From NCBI GenBank assembly GCA_905331295.1, contig CAJNYD010000054.1:1-64000 (forward strand): DNA of 64,000 nucleotides, read 5' to 3'. A model generated the notes under the pieces. That model was not told the DNA's origin. It did not search any database and saw only the letters and a list, made by a program, of their open reading frames with translations. Source of the stretch: Rotaria socialis (taxonomy: Eukaryota). The position numbers and the translations under genes were made by a program. Positions within the stretch are counted from its first letter, which is position 1. Every line of letters begins with the position of its first letter. This document shows, in pieces, positions 13,201 through 27,754 of this stretch.

Positions 13201-13789
13201 ATTACTAAACACGAAAAAAGTATATTAAAGTAAATTAAAATAAATGTGTCACCCCGACAGTGAATAGTGCATGTCGAGATTTACTTGAACCAAGAGTATG
13301 AGCGTTGGTGGAAGTTTTTAGCAGAGAAGTACTCGAATGTTGAGCTAACTTCCCCTACGTGCTGTCACTGTTTTCTCGCTCGCTAACTGTGTTCGTATAT
13401 GCATACATCGCCATTGAAATGACTAAATTACTATGTCACGAGAATAAGATTGACGAACACAATATTCCAAACACTAATAATGACGATGAGAAAAAGAGGC
13501 AAACACACGTGAGGTTTTCTCTGCCAACTTGTGTTATGAGAACGCTCGATCATATTTTCTGTCAAATCTCGTGAGACATCGTTGAGAAGCATGCACATTG
13601 TCTTAAAAAGCCGATGTTGGAAAGTTGTTTGAGATAGCAAATCTTTGTGTCAATCGGATTACATCGAAATTCGTTTAAGATTTCTAATGAATTAGGTTTC
13701 GGGAACTCCAGCAAGAATGACTGGGATTGTCGATTTACTCCTGTTTACTCTATTGTTTCTAATTATTTTACTGTATTTCAAAACATAAA

Positions 13790-14990
13790 ATGGTATCGTT
13801 TCAATCTATTTATCTTTATCCACTCACACTCAAACCTGCTTCCATTATAGACGTTGTGCTGTTATTAAGCATACTGCGAAGACAACTTATAAAATGCTAT
13901 TTAAGATTCATATAATCATGGCAAATATGAAAAAACGAGATAATCGATACTTTTTTCTTCTTGAGATAGATCAAAAAACGTGGTTGATCTATTAATCAAA
14001 ATGAGATCTCTAATTCTTAAACTAACAAAGCAGTGTGCCAATCGAACGACTAGAAATTGGGTGGTATTATGAAAGAAGCACTTCATTATCCATGATTGCA
14101 TTCAGACAAATTATTATCATTATTATTACTGTGTCTCCCATTGAACATAGTAATTCGATTGAATTCTTCGACTGTATTCATCATCAACATATACACATGA
14201 TTGTCGTCGTCCATGCAATCCCGTTGTTTTACAACGAAATCAAATGAAAAGAGATTGTTATCACGATGATATATCGCATTCGTTTGTGACACTCCGATCG
14301 AAAACTATCAGTGTGAGAACTATATTATATTAGCGGAGATCACGTATTGAGAAGATAGAGCAGTATGCACGCTACCTTCGACAAGATATTCCATCCGTGG
14401 ATGATGATAGGAATACTCTCTGTCAATGTACAAATCTTCGAGCGTTTGGAAAGAATTGTGAATATTTATTACCGGTCGAAAATGACACATTTGAGGTTAC
14501 ACTTAATTGGGAAATTCATCTGCGATTTTTCCATCAAGAATACGCTCAAAATTATAGTGACATTCTATGTTATACTACACTGGTGTGTGATTCGGGTCGT
14601 CTATGTCTCTACTGGTGGGATATCTGTGATGGAGTTCAGCAATGTATGTTCGGTTATGATGAAGAAACGTGTGATCTTCTTGAATGCAATGAATGTGATG
14701 ATGATGAATATCGTTCTATGAATGGAATGTGTATTTCCCGAAGAATATTTTCTCGGTGGTAATAATGACTGTATGGATTTAACTGATGAAACACAGCTGT
14801 TCAATGATCATGTGGCGATGGACAATGTATTGACGATCGTCTCCCTTTTCAACAACTTCTGCTTGGATATCAACCAGAGATGTCTTTATTATTTTCAATG
14901 CCAAATGGCTGGAGGATTCGAAAACAACTGTTCATGTGATGATCCACTCTCCTGTGAAAGATATGTGGGTGTGGGTGCATGTTCTTTTCT
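13790..14990 (+). pseudogene. LDL-receptor class A/EGF repeat protein pseudogene (5' fragment)
   Basis: CQCTNLRAFGKNCEY (EGF-like) and DICDGVQQCMFGYDEETCD..ECDDDEYRSMNGMCI, then a frameshift to PEEYFLGGNNDCMDLTDE (LDLa). Lost Cys, upstream stops, no continuation. Boundaries approximate. Confidence 0.7.
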
Positions 14991-15496
14991 TTTGTTCTCT
15001 TGGCCATTATCCGTACATCATTCCAAGCATTTCATTATTCAATTTAATGGTGAATGCAACAAATTGCGTTGTCTTTCTATGGAATGTTTTGTGATTTTGC
15101 AAAGGCTACAAAGATTTTATTCTTTGCTCAATGGCCAGTTGTTCTAAATTGTTTCTGTACGTTCAGTGAGTTTCCCATTCACGTATTATGTTTCCATAGA
15201 ATTTTTGATCATTTTCAAGGATTGAATAGTTGTACTTATGAATGCGATAAAACAAATGACTCACGTGCTTCTAGTAAATATCACAATAATCTCATTAATC
15301 ACGGATTTATTGTGCGCGTGCAAGAACACGCATAGAATTTGAAAGTGACAACGTCATTACAACAGCAAAAACAACTATGTATTTGACTCGACAGCATCAA
15401 AGTAGAATGACATTTTCAACGAACGATCACTAATATAAATAGATATGCTATGATATTTCATTGTTTCAAGTACGTATCTAAGAGGACCAGCGTACA

Positions 15497-18400
15497 ATGT
15501 GGCTGTGGAGTATGTTTACGCTATTCTTATCGTTGTTGACGCTCGATAAGTGCGATGGAATTTCAAGTTCTATTTCACCATTTATCAACTACAAATATTC
15601 AACTGTACTTCAAGACAATGTAGCTGATCTCTGGTGGACAGTGGATGATGCTGAACGAGAGATCACATTCGAGCTACATGTCAAGACTATGGGCTGGATC
15701 TCTTTAGGCATCAGTCCAGGTAGATTTCTATTTTAATTTGTCATTGGTGTCTCGGTAATTCTATACATGACATCCAGCTGGCGGCATGAAAGGCGCTGAT
15801 ATCGGTGTTGGCTGGGTTGACAGTAATGGCAATGTTCATTTTCAAGTATGATGGATGTTGATTATCTTACAGATTACCACAATATTTTATTTGTTTCTCA
15901 CCGTATTTTTTGAAGGATCGGTATGCTAGTGACTTTGCTAAACCTGTCATCGACAATACAACCACTGACTGGTATGCTATTCGCGGTCGTGAGCAGAACG
16001 GATGGACAGCGATTCAGTTCAAACGTTTGCTTGACACGTGTGACTCGATGGACTATCCTATCAAGGTATAATATATCAACAATTAGTCGAGTATCTAGTT
16101 CTCAAGAGAAGGAAAGTATGACTGCGAATACAGATACTACATGATTTCTTCTAAAAAGAATATACGTTGGAAAACAAAATATCGTTCATAGTTTTTGCCT
16201 CTCCGATAAATTTCCAACGATAAGCATTGAGACGCGATTCGCACCGAGCTTCATATGAGTTGACAACGAAAATTAATGAAATATCAAGGGTATCTTGAAC
16301 TTTGTTTATTATTGAAGAATTTGCGAATGAAAAATCCTTTTAATCCTTAATAAAATATCGTGGGATTAGTAGAAAGAAAAACACCAGAAAAAGAAAAGCC
16401 AGTATTTTTATGTTAAAATTCTTGTAAAAAGTCATGATACATTGGAAATATAGCAGAGAACTTTTTCAAAAATTCCCGAATCTTGAAATTGGGAGTGTAT
16501 GCAACATCTAAACTGGTTCTTATTTCAATAGGTTTTGCGAATACATTTATTTTATGATGATTTTAATTTAGTTAGAAAGATGTGCAGCAAGAAATAAAAA
16601 TAATACTCTTAATATGAACAGTTATACCGATAAAATTGTATTTCGGATTAGACGAATGAAAAGAATAATTCAAACGTCAAATCACTGATATTTCACTTAG
16701 CATCATGCAGTGACTGTAAAATGAAAATTCTATTCGAAAATCAAATCTCTTACCGAAATAATAACTCGAATATGAAATGTTATTATTTTGAATGAGGAGT
16801 TGTGCGCCACAAGAATGTCTATTTATGCTCTGATAGCAAGTCAACTCTGAACAACAAACGATGAGTCTTTTTCACACTCGATACATTTTCATTAACATAG
16901 TCTGGAACCAATGTCGTCATTTTTGCATATGGCCTTGTCGATCTGGATCCTTTTCGACCAGACAGTGATATTTCCTATCATGATAATCGGCGAGGTTCAC
17001 GCATCATTCCACTTCGATCCTACGGTCAACCACCACCCGAAGACAAATTTGCTGGACTTGACTTCTTCGACTTTCGTCTGAATAATGTCGGGTGCTTTTT
17101 TTACTTCTGAGCTTCAATACATTTCGTTACTCTATTTTAGTATTTTGTCCCATCGAACGATACGACCTATCACTGCCAAGTATACAAAGCACCAGCCAAT
17201 TATAAAATGAAACGGCATGCAATCGCAGTATGTATGGCTATGCTTTTCAAATATAGTGGTGAGAATAATTGTGAGCTGAATGAACGGAGAACACAAATAG
17301 TTAATGACATTTAGTTTTCGCAATTTGAAACTGTATTCACTAGATAAACATTCTTTTATGAACCCCCATATCATCCATATGATCTTTGTTTCATTGTCAG
17401 ACCAATCTGTAGCCATATGAATAGAACTATTGTGTCAAATATACATCACATTTGTAAATGGAAATTTTGAGGAGAAGAATTCGATACTTCTTAGTTGGGT
17501 CGAAAAGAAAAGTTTTAATTTCAATGTAAAACGGAGGTGCGGGCTGGAAGGAAAATTATTTTAATATATATACTCACCATATCAAATAAGTCAATGTAGC
17601 TCGGTACTTTCTTTTAAACGGTGAAACCCTCAAGTCGATAGCTGCTTGTATTTTTAAACTATTGAACTCTTAATACGTCATGTTGAAATCGGTAGTAGTT
17701 AATTTCTTATACAGAATTGCTTCTGTCTAGCATAAGATATTGGTCGATTCAGGCAATCAAGATCTCGTACATCATTTGCTCTTGCACGAATGTAATCCTT
17801 CGGCTGTTTTCGATGATAAAAATTTGCCCAGTGGTGTATGTGATGAAATTGTGATTCAAATTGAATCGTGCTACACAAACTTTGTCACTGTATGGGCAGT
17901 TGGTGGTGACTATGTAAGATTAATAGTTGAAAATATAAATTATTATACGAGTTGCATAGGTGGTCGAGTATACTGAGGAGGCCGGATATCCAGTTGGTGG
18001 GGATTCTTCCACTAAATACTACATGATTCAAATGCACTATGAGAATCCGAGACAGCTTTCAAGTAGGTCGTTGCTGATGTATATTGAACAGATCTAAGTG
18101 TTTTGATTTACTTTTAGATCGTCGTGATAGTTCAGGCATTAGATTTTATCTTAGCAAGCAACTACGTCAGCACGATCTGGGCTATCTCACTTTTGGTACA
18201 ATTTCAAATTTTCTCGGTCTTGCTATTCCACCATTAGTGGAGCAATTTGTGGTCGATTCGTATTGCCCAGCCAAAGTTACGCATGTAAATTATTTTTTCA
18301 GTTCTCAAATGCATGCACAAATATTTTTATTCCAGAATTTTCCTCAATCTGGCATCACAGTTTTGTCCGCCATGCCACATACTCATTTGCAGGGTAAATA

Positions 18401-19102
18401 AATATTGAACAGAATGTCCACAATTTTGCACGTACCCTATCCTAGGTCGTAGTATGTGGACAAAACTAATTCGAAACAAAACAGCAGTTCAATATTTGTT
18501 CAATGCTGAGTCGTACGATTTCAACTATCAATATGTGAATCGTTTAGCAAAGCCAATCAAACTTTATCCAGTTTGAAAAAAAGCAGTTTATATGTTTTTT
18601 TTATAGTGTTAACTGTTTTGTAGGGAGATGAGTTCGCCACTCGATGTGTATACAATACAATGAACAAGGACACGATCACGCTGGTAAGAATGTAGTTCAG
18701 TTGATCGATGCATTACTCTTGTTACTTAGGGTGGTGAACGAACAAAAGATGAAATGTGTCTTCACTTTTTCACGTACTATCCTCGAATCGACAATTTTTC
18801 TGCATGTTTTACAATGAATACTATAGAATGGTGGCAAAAAATGATGAATTCTACGTAAGTTTGATCGAGTTGTGTCAAAACTTTATATTTATTCGGTAAA
18901 CAGATCCGAATTCGATTACCAACAAACCAAACAATGGTTGCTCGATCTCAAATGGACGGCAGAATTGGCGGCGCAGTGGCAAAGATCCTACGATGATGCG
19001 CCACTTCATTCTGTGTTTGCTAGAAACGGTCAATTTGAGGATGAAAATCTGGGTCAACCATCGAAGTATGAAGATTTGAAATCAGCTGAATGTATTAAAT
19101 AA
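15497..19102 (+). CDS. MOXD1: DBH-like monooxygenase (DOMON + copper type II monooxygenase N/C domains), copy 1; multi-exon
   Basis: Signal peptide; DOMON (LWWTVD..GWISLGISP/AGGMKGADIGVGWV); Cu ligands VHHLLLHEC, QMHYEN, PHTHLQG, DEMC; YDFNYQ. GT-AG introns traced at the same positions as in copy 2. Confidence 0.9.
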
Positions 19103-20052
19103 TCAATTTTCAAGAAACAAATCTGTTATTTTGGAAAATTATAGTGGGACTCTTCGCCAAAAAACTTATTCTTATTGCTTAAATAGTGAATGCATAAATA
19201 AATCTAATATACTTTTCATGAGGTGAAACGGCTTTTAACTAGATGTCCGTGGCTCTTTTGAAACTGAAACCGTGATGGTGTGGGTATCGATTTAGTTTCT
19301 TTATCATCGCATACCAACACCCTGATTTTTTATTCTCAAGAAATTTTCAATTCGATGTATTCATCACGTAATGAATACGATATGGATTATACCAGTAGTT
19401 TTATCAATGAAAAGTTTTGCATCTTAAGATTTTTATTTTGAAGCAGATGAAAATACTAATCTGTCTTCACATAAATACTTATGCATCATTCTTGATTTAC
19501 GTGGTTCATTATATATATTTGAAAATACTGATGAAAACGCATAATTTAACATCATGAAATAATGATAATTGCTGTCTTATAATAAATTCCATGAGATTAA
19601 TAACATATATTATAGTTAAAAAGAGAAAACCTTGATTAAATAATTTCATATCAAATCTATACACTGCGTTCTTTTAAGTGCATTTCATGTCGAACGCATA
19701 AAACACGAGTACACTATTAGCAAATATTTTTTTGTAATGAAATGTCATTTAACACAATTTTTGTTTTGAATAATTTAATAATGAGTAAACCTGTATTACT
19801 CATTGGTATAGCTGATATCTTATATCATAAAATAAATGTTATCACAATATTCAACGGATTTAATATCAGCGGCTCTATCTGTCAAGACAAAATACTTTGT
19901 TGTTCTACTTAGTATTAAAAATAACCTTTCACCAATAGATTTCAGCGAGCAACACAATGCAAATATATTAAACATATTGACATTATCGATCTGTGTATAA
20001 GAAAACATTCATACCATAAAAACCTTTTAGTTTTACTAATTAAAAGCAAATC

Positions 20053-22557
20053 ATGAAAACATATACTGCTTTGTGCATAATTCTGTCTGCGTTGATCGTG
20101 CAAAAAACGATTGCAACTACAAGTCCACTTACACCATATACTAGCTATCAATTTTCAATTGAACTTGAACATAATATAGCTGATCTTTGGTGGACAGTAG
20201 ATGAAAATCGACAAGAAATTACTTTTGAATTACACATTAAAACGACAGGATGGATTGCTTTAGGTATCAGTCCAGGTAAGTCACGCTGCTTTTGAAAATA
20301 ATTCCTTCATCATGTAGCATTTCGCCATTTTGTTTTACTACGAATCATAGCTGGTGGAATGAAAGGTGCAGATATTGGACTTGGATGGATTGATTCAACA
20401 GGTCAAGTTCATTTTCAAGTATATCATCTCTGTTCTTGTCAATGAAAAAGTCTTATTTATTTCCATATTTATAGGATCGATATGCGCACGATTTCGCAAG
20501 ACCAGTCATCGACAATACAACAACGGATTGGTCTGCAATCAAAGGTCGTGAACAAAATGGTTGGACAGCTATTCAATTCAAACGTTTTCTTGATACTTGT
20601 GATAGTATGGATGTTCCTATTAAAGTTTGCTATTAATCTATTTCGGCAAACTCTTCTCACATTGCACTGTTTGTTTAGTCTGGTACTAATATACTTATAT
20701 ATGCCTATGACCTCGAGGATCCTGACATGTCACAAACAGGTGGTATGATAAAGTATCATGAAAATCGACGAGGTTCACGAATCATTCCACTTCAATCTTA
20801 TGGCAATCCATCACCGGAAAAAAAATTTGTTGATCTGGACTATTTCGAATTTAAATTACAAAACGTTTGTTTTTTTCCGATGAAAAATAGCTAGGTCAAG
20901 TTAAATTTTCTTTCAGTATGTCGTACCAGCGAATGATACTACTTATCATTGCAAAGTCTATAAGGCACCAACTAATTTTCCACAACGAAGACATGCTATT
21001 GCTGTAGGCATTAAATTTCTTTCTAAATCTATTCGAACTCCACTCTATTTTTCATTTTGGTAGCATAAAACAATGATTGATTCAAATAATCGAGACATAG
21101 TCCATCATTTGTTGATGTATGAATGTGATCCTACCGCTGTGTTTGACGATAACAATTTACCAAATGGTTTATGTGACGATATTAATGAACAGATTATTGC
21201 ATGTTCGTCAAATATTGCTACTGGATGGGCTGTCGGTGGTGAAGATGTAGATTTTGAAAATAGAAAAATCTTCTCTCAAACGTGTTTTTGTTTACTTACA
21301 TAGATAGTGGACCTTCCAGAAATCACTGGATATCCGGTTGGTGGTGATTTTGAAATAAAATATTACATGGTTCAAATGCATTATGATAATCCAAAGTTAA
21401 TGCCAAGTATGAAGTTTTATTCAATATAGATGATAATTTATCTCGCTATTTTGTTCGTTAATTTAGATCGTCGTGACAGTTCAGGCATTCGCTTTTATCT
21501 TGGAAAAGAACTTCGTCAATACGATCTCGGTTATCTCTCACTTACTGCATTTGCAACTCCTGTTGCTATTGCTATTCCACCAAAAGTGGATCGATTCATA
21601 ATTGATACATATTGTCCAGCAGTGATTACGAAAGTAAATCGAAGTTTTTGGTTTGAATGCAGAAATTCATTCCGCTATATTATAGAGTTTTCCACAGTCG
21701 GGAATAACAGTTGTTGGTGCATTTCCCCATACTCATTTACAAGGTAGAGTCAAACTGTCTATATTAATACTATAAAATTTTCTTCTAAAAAGGTCAAAGC
21801 GTATGGACAAAAATCATTCGAAATAAAAAAGCAGTTGAATATTTATTTAATGCTGAAGCATATGATTTCAATTATCAATTTGAAAATATTCTACCAAAGC
21901 CCATCAAACTATATCCGGTAGACTCCTTTTATTTTTGTTTCTGTTATTCTACAGTACAGTTATTTTAGGGTGATGAATTAGCTACTCGATGCGTTTATCG
22001 TACAACAAATAAGAATGAAATAAGTTTGGTAGGATACTTGATGCACTATTAGGTTGTTTTGCTAAGAGGAATATTTAGGGTGGCGAAAAAACCAAGAATG
22101 AAATGTGCATGCATATGTTTATGTATTATCCTCGCATGAAGAATTTTTATGGTTGCTCAACAATCAATTCTTTAGAATCATGGAGTAAATTGATGAATAG
22201 TTCTGCGTAAGTTCGGATGTATGATTTTTAGAACTCAGGGTTTCTTATGGAATAGTTTTTGTTTAAAGATCATCCTTCGACTTTGAAGTATTTCAAAAAT
22301 GGTTAATGGACCTGAAGTGGACACCAGAGTTAGCTGAACAATGGCAGAAGTTTTATAATGATGCTCCACGTGTCGTTATTTCCGGTCCTACAGGCAATTT
22401 CACCATAACAAATCTAACTAGGTTGCCTGATTATGAAGATTTAAAACCAGCAGAATGCAAAAGAAGTATTACAAATACTGCTATTCGTTCAGTGTTCTTA
22501 TCTATGTTTTTCACTTTTACTTCGTTTTTTGTAACAATAGCATCCCGTTTTTTTTAA
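20053..22557 (+). CDS. MOXD1: DBH-like monooxygenase, copy 2; multi-exon, hydrophobic C-terminal (GPI/TM-like) tail
   Basis: Signal peptide, DOMON, IVHHLLMYEC, QMHYDN, PHTHLQG, NEMC. C-terminus RSVFLSMFFTFTSFFVTIASRFF. Confidence 0.92.
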
Positions 22558-23430
22558 TTGAAAAGCGTTGCAGAACTACAGTAGAGCTTATAGATCACAG
22601 TACGACTGATGTTCATAGATAAATAATTACTAAAATCTATGTCGTAAATTCTTAATATAATAATCAAGAGAATTAATGTGCTTTTTCTATGAAAATAAAA
22701 AACTTGAGAAGTATTACAGTATTTAAGAAGGATTTTTGGAAATATATTCATGAGATATGAGCGAATCCTATCGGCATCCTCTCGGATACACATATAAGTC
22801 CGAAATACGAGTATTAATAGTTAGTCAAACATCGTATTTTGCTGATCGATATTTTCTAGTTGCATAAATCGAAGCGGATTGCTCAGTCCATACTTTTAAA
22901 AGGCGATGTTCTTCACGAAACAAGGCACTCACAAACCAATAAAACCGCGTCGATATTTATGTTTAGGTCACACATATTTTGAATCCAAAACATAAGATCA
23001 TCAATTAGTTTCATAGAATATCTATGGACACTCTGATCTCAAGAGTTTAAATGTTGATAGGATGAGTTCATAAACTACATGTTTTGTGATAAGCGATCAA
23101 GACCAGATTCATACAGCATGTTTCCAGAATTTGCAACATATTCCTTTTACTCTTAATTCATATTTTGGCTTCCTTGATGTCACATTTTAGTCACCAACAG
23201 TAATCTACCCAGTCTTGTAAGCGATATCGCATGTACTGCGAGGCTACTGAATTCAACTGCGTTCTATTATATAGTAATTAAAAAGTGTACATAACGAAAA
23301 AATTAAGATATTATTGTAATAACACATATAGTTGTAGGACAATGAAAAACACGACACCACGAGTATAAATAATTTATTTAAAATAAGCACTAAGTATTAA
23401 CGCAGATACATCAAGAAAAAGTAGAGTAGA

Positions 23431-25876
23431 TTATTTAGTGCCAATGAAATGGGTCGGAGCTTCAAAATGAATTTCTGAATTTTGCACGAAGAATGGAACA
23501 ATTTGTTCATACAGAAAAACAATCGGACCGGTGCCGATTTTTTCATTATTGAATGCTTGCAGAGTGAATATCAAGGGAATGAATCGAACTGTTTCGTTTT
23601 CAATGGATATTGATCAGTATCGATTGCGACGGAATCATTTCTAATTGCTCTCGACTTTATTGAGTACCATGTTGCGTTTCTTAATACATCATTGATATCC
23701 AATTGTATATGCAAAGATTCGTCGGCATAATTTTGAATTGTATAAGTTACATTGAGACGCTTACCACTAATTGCAACTAAAGGTTGATTATTAATAAGCA
23801 TTATGATTCGACTCGTCTCAATCAGTGCTCGTTCTTCTCGATAAACAAGAGTACCATCTCGCCGACCAATGCTAGTACGAATGCAATGCGAAAACTTTCT
23901 GATGGAACGCTGATCGTTTCAACGAAAGTATCTGTTGCCGAATAATTAATCAAGACTTTATCGTCAGTACTAATCAATTCAACCGAACTATTCAATGCTT
24001 CGCTCGATTTATCACATGTGGTAATTGCAAGTGCTCTACTTTGGTTAAACAGAGGAGGTGTGGCGACTATTCCACCAAAGTTATTGGATAATTGTGCATA
24101 TAATTGTGTTCGACATCGAAATTCACTCTTCACATTCACCTCAATGGCACAGTCTTCACTGCACTGGTAATTCCATTGACCTATATTGGACTTATTCATC
24201 ACATCGATAGTGAACATTTGCAGATAATTACTTTCAAAAGATGGAGTTAGGCGTAATGTTGAACCCATTGGATCTATTAAGCGCAAAATAAGCGATGGAC
24301 TCGATGATACAACGTTGATACGGAGTGATGTTGCAGTTCTATCGATCATAAATATGCCACTATGATGATTGGCCATGGATTTGAATAGAATGCACTCGTA
24401 GCCGAATGCTTCTTCTAGGCGACGATAAATAAATTCTCGATTTATTGTCCGTTGCGTAATGTCCATATTGATGAAAAGACCACTGATTGAATCTGCAAAA
24501 TAAGTAAGCTCATTGATTGTTTGATTTTGGGTATCCACGAATAAAACATCAATCTTAGCCTGTTTTAATCGCGCCAAAGCTCTAGTAGGCCCTTGTGAAT
24601 ATAATTTATTAGAGGGCGCATCAGTGAAAAAGAATACCATTGATTCAGATTCACAAAATTTAAGTGCCTCGTTCAAAGCATCGTAATAGTGGTCGGATGA
24701 TTGTTGAAGTTCGTCTTCATTTAATGCGTCAATGGCATCGAGAAAATCACTGATATTTGTTACAACATGTAGAGGTCCCTAATGAGAACCATTGAATAGT
24801 GAAACAATGTAATTTGTAGGTTTTTTAGGTAGATCTGTCACTAAGTCGACCATTTTAGCGGTTACAACTTCGATCATGTCCACTAAGAATTGCAATCGAT
24901 TGCTATTATCGATTGCAAATACGAGACTAAATGCATTCGTAAGACCGAGAAATCTACCAAATGCATTAGTACTTGCCGATGACCAAAGTTCGTTCAGCAC
25001 TTTGACAGTGGCTTTATATGCAACCGATGCTGATTCTTGATGTAAATGTCCGTGTGAAAAGTGCAAACCGTCCTTACTAATACCTTCACAATATTTACTG
25101 CTATTACCAGGAAAATAGCATAAATATCCATGATGACACTTGCCAGGTGGATTTTTCACTGGATAGAAGTAGGAAAAATAACCACTTGTCAAGTATTTAT
25201 CGACTATCAAATTATTCCGAACACAGTATTCGTCTGAGCCAAGACAAGTTTTGCAGGTCTTTGTTCTTTTGTCCGCAACAGAACCGAGACGGCGACCAGC
25301 AGTTAGATCTTTATTTGGTTCACGCATACCTAATTCAACCCAATTTGAATGACTGTAGAAGTCTTGTATAGAATGAAGCATGAACCCGAAAATCATACGC
25401 GCTTGTGTCCATTCGAGCCGTGCTACGCTTGATTGAACTGCTTGTGATAACATCGCCACGAATTTTACGCCATCTTCGAATTCTTCATTATCAAAGTGAG
25501 CATGGGGAGCAGGGTCAAAAATCAAATCGGTCATGATATTGGCTAAGGCAATCTCTTGCCGTGCTAGACGAAAAAATATTGGATTAATGTCGAGCTTCTC
25601 TAGTTCTCTTGCGATGATCATGTGAAAATCTCTACAGTTACCATCGGTTGTTTGAAATTTTGTCTCTAAGTCATTGTGATCATAAACATGTTGGAAATAC
25701 GTTATTACTATTCTGTAGAGAGCACATGTGGTGATCACATAGTGATTAGATTCTTTTATGTCGAGTGATGTTGGCTGACCGAGGAATTTTCCACCAGTTT
25801 TAAAACACGTTACATTGCTGAGTAACATGTCAATGCCGATAACGGCAATTAGCATGAGTAGATATCTTGATTTCAT
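23431..25876 (-). pseudogene. VWA7 (G7c)/HET-C-like secreted protein, intronless, disabled
   Basis: Signal peptide; HFDNEEF and LHSIQDFYSHSNWVELG motifs; vWA-like SLVFAID and FFTDA. In-frame TAG at 24779-24781, a frameshift from a GCATT duplication near 23880-23890, and a second frameshift near 23575. The restored frame ends at TAA 23431-23433. Confidence 0.8.
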
Positions 25877-26368
25877 TCGTTCTTCTTTAAAAATAAATAA
25901 ATAATACGTATTACATCAGTTATAAACAAAAAGTTCTATTAAAATTCTGTAGTAAGTACTAATCAATAGCATACACTCAAAAAGGATTTTATCCATCGAG
26001 AAAGAGTCAAGACAATACGGTAGAAATTTTCAAAATTATATTTCAATCAATAACACTATATGTATGAAGACTTGATGAATTGCAATAGTAATGAAAATAT
26101 GGACGCTAACCCTATGGATACAGTAAATGATTTTTAATCTGTTTGAAATTTGATTACTTACCAGCTATATATTTACTGAAAACAACCTTCACCAAATAAA
26201 TGAATGCATCAGTTTGCTTGTTGAATTGACTTTTTGTTCCAATCTAAAAATTCATAATGATGTCTGGCTCATAGTGTATCATTTTTTTTGTATTTCAACC
26301 CTAGTTAAAAGAGTTTCATCTTTCACAAATTTAACTAGCTCTTCAATGATGTTTTTTTTCATACCAAT

Positions 26369-26888
26369 CAGAGCTAGAACTAGTACAAATACAGCAAGTA
26401 AAAGTATTTTACTTGTGCTTGAAATTATTTACTTTTACTTTTACTTGTCGTTTCACAAGTATACTTGCTACTTGTACTTGCCTTTCAAGTAAAGTATTCG
26501 GTGCTTATACTTCTACTATAGGAAAAGTACTTGATAGTTCCCAGGTCGAACAGTCTGACCTGGAAACGGCCGGTTCCGGTTAGTTCTGTTGATTTTGTGG
26601 AAGCAGTATTCCGGTTGGAAAACTTTCAGATTTTTTTCCGGTGATTTCCGATCAACTCCCGCCGGAAAGTCCGGCCGTATATTTGACCGGAATACTACTT
26701 CCATGTTCCAGCGATTTCCCGTGTTTTCCTGCAGGATATGGTGACTTTCCCGCATATTCCCTGGAGTATCCTACGGGATCCGGTGGCTGGAATGTTCGAC
26801 CTGGGTTATACTGAGTGAGTCATAATAAATGGAACATATGAGTACGAAGTACTCTTCCCTAAGTGCAAATACTTTGGTCCGAGCTTTG
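26369..26888. mobile_element. MITE with 8-bp TSD (P/hAT-type), host of a nested CMC MITE
   Basis: Termini CAGAGCTAGAAC...GGTCCGAGCTTTG; TSD ATACCAAT at 26361-26368 and 26889-26896; TACTT/AAGTA-rich interior. Confidence 0.85.
26540..26805. mobile_element. CMC/EnSpm-type MITE (nested)
   Basis: Perfect 13-bp TIR CCCAGGTCGAACA/TGTTCGACCTGGG, 2-bp TSD TT, CCGG-rich interior. Confidence 0.9.
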
Positions 26889-27754
26889 ATACCAATTTGT
26901 TTTCATAAACATATGATCATGATTTCTTCATGTGATAGAAAACGATGTACTATTAAAAACGCGAAGATGTCACTCTTTAAGTAGGCCACTAGATAAAGAA
27001 AGTCCTACAGTACTTTTTTAAGTACTCAATATTACAAACAATATAAATAAAAGAATATTTAGAGCTGTTGTCAAAGGAGAAAAACGCATGATTATGAACA
27101 TTTATCATTCATCTTTGAGTTGAATAATCGAACCTTATCGTATAAACGATATTTTAATCGTTTTGCTTCTACCTCGAAAGAAAGCAAAAAGATGATGGTG
27201 AAATAAGAATACACTAAAATTAATACCATGATGAAAATAAAATCCTGATGACCTTAATGCTGTTCGGCAAAATTCAATATGAGAGATAGTCTTTTATGCT
27301 TCTTAGTGAGAAACCATATGTCGCCTCCAAAAAACAAAATATCCATTATCTTCACCCACATTGCCAATCATACATTTTTACAATAGAATATGCCTCAAGA
27401 CGAGGCTGAGATATATCGAATAGAATTCGTACCGTTGCTCCGTAAATCATTCGTTCGTTTTTCTCCATTACACAAACGACGATGCGCAGTAATTTAGTCT
27501 CATCAGATTTGTTTTCATACATTTAATGACAATATAACGTTCAAACATTGAGGGTGTGTGTATCATTAAAGAAAATAATTTCTGATTACTAATATGACAT
27601 AATAGATTCTGCTTGAGCAGTTACAATAAGGCATAAAGTGAGACAGCAGCTCTCTTTAAAAAAAAAGAAACGTTTGCATCGAACAACTTGCGTCATTGGA
27701 ATCATTTTTTACGATTTTGTTTAATGCATTTTCAGAATCTTGTCGTATGATTAA

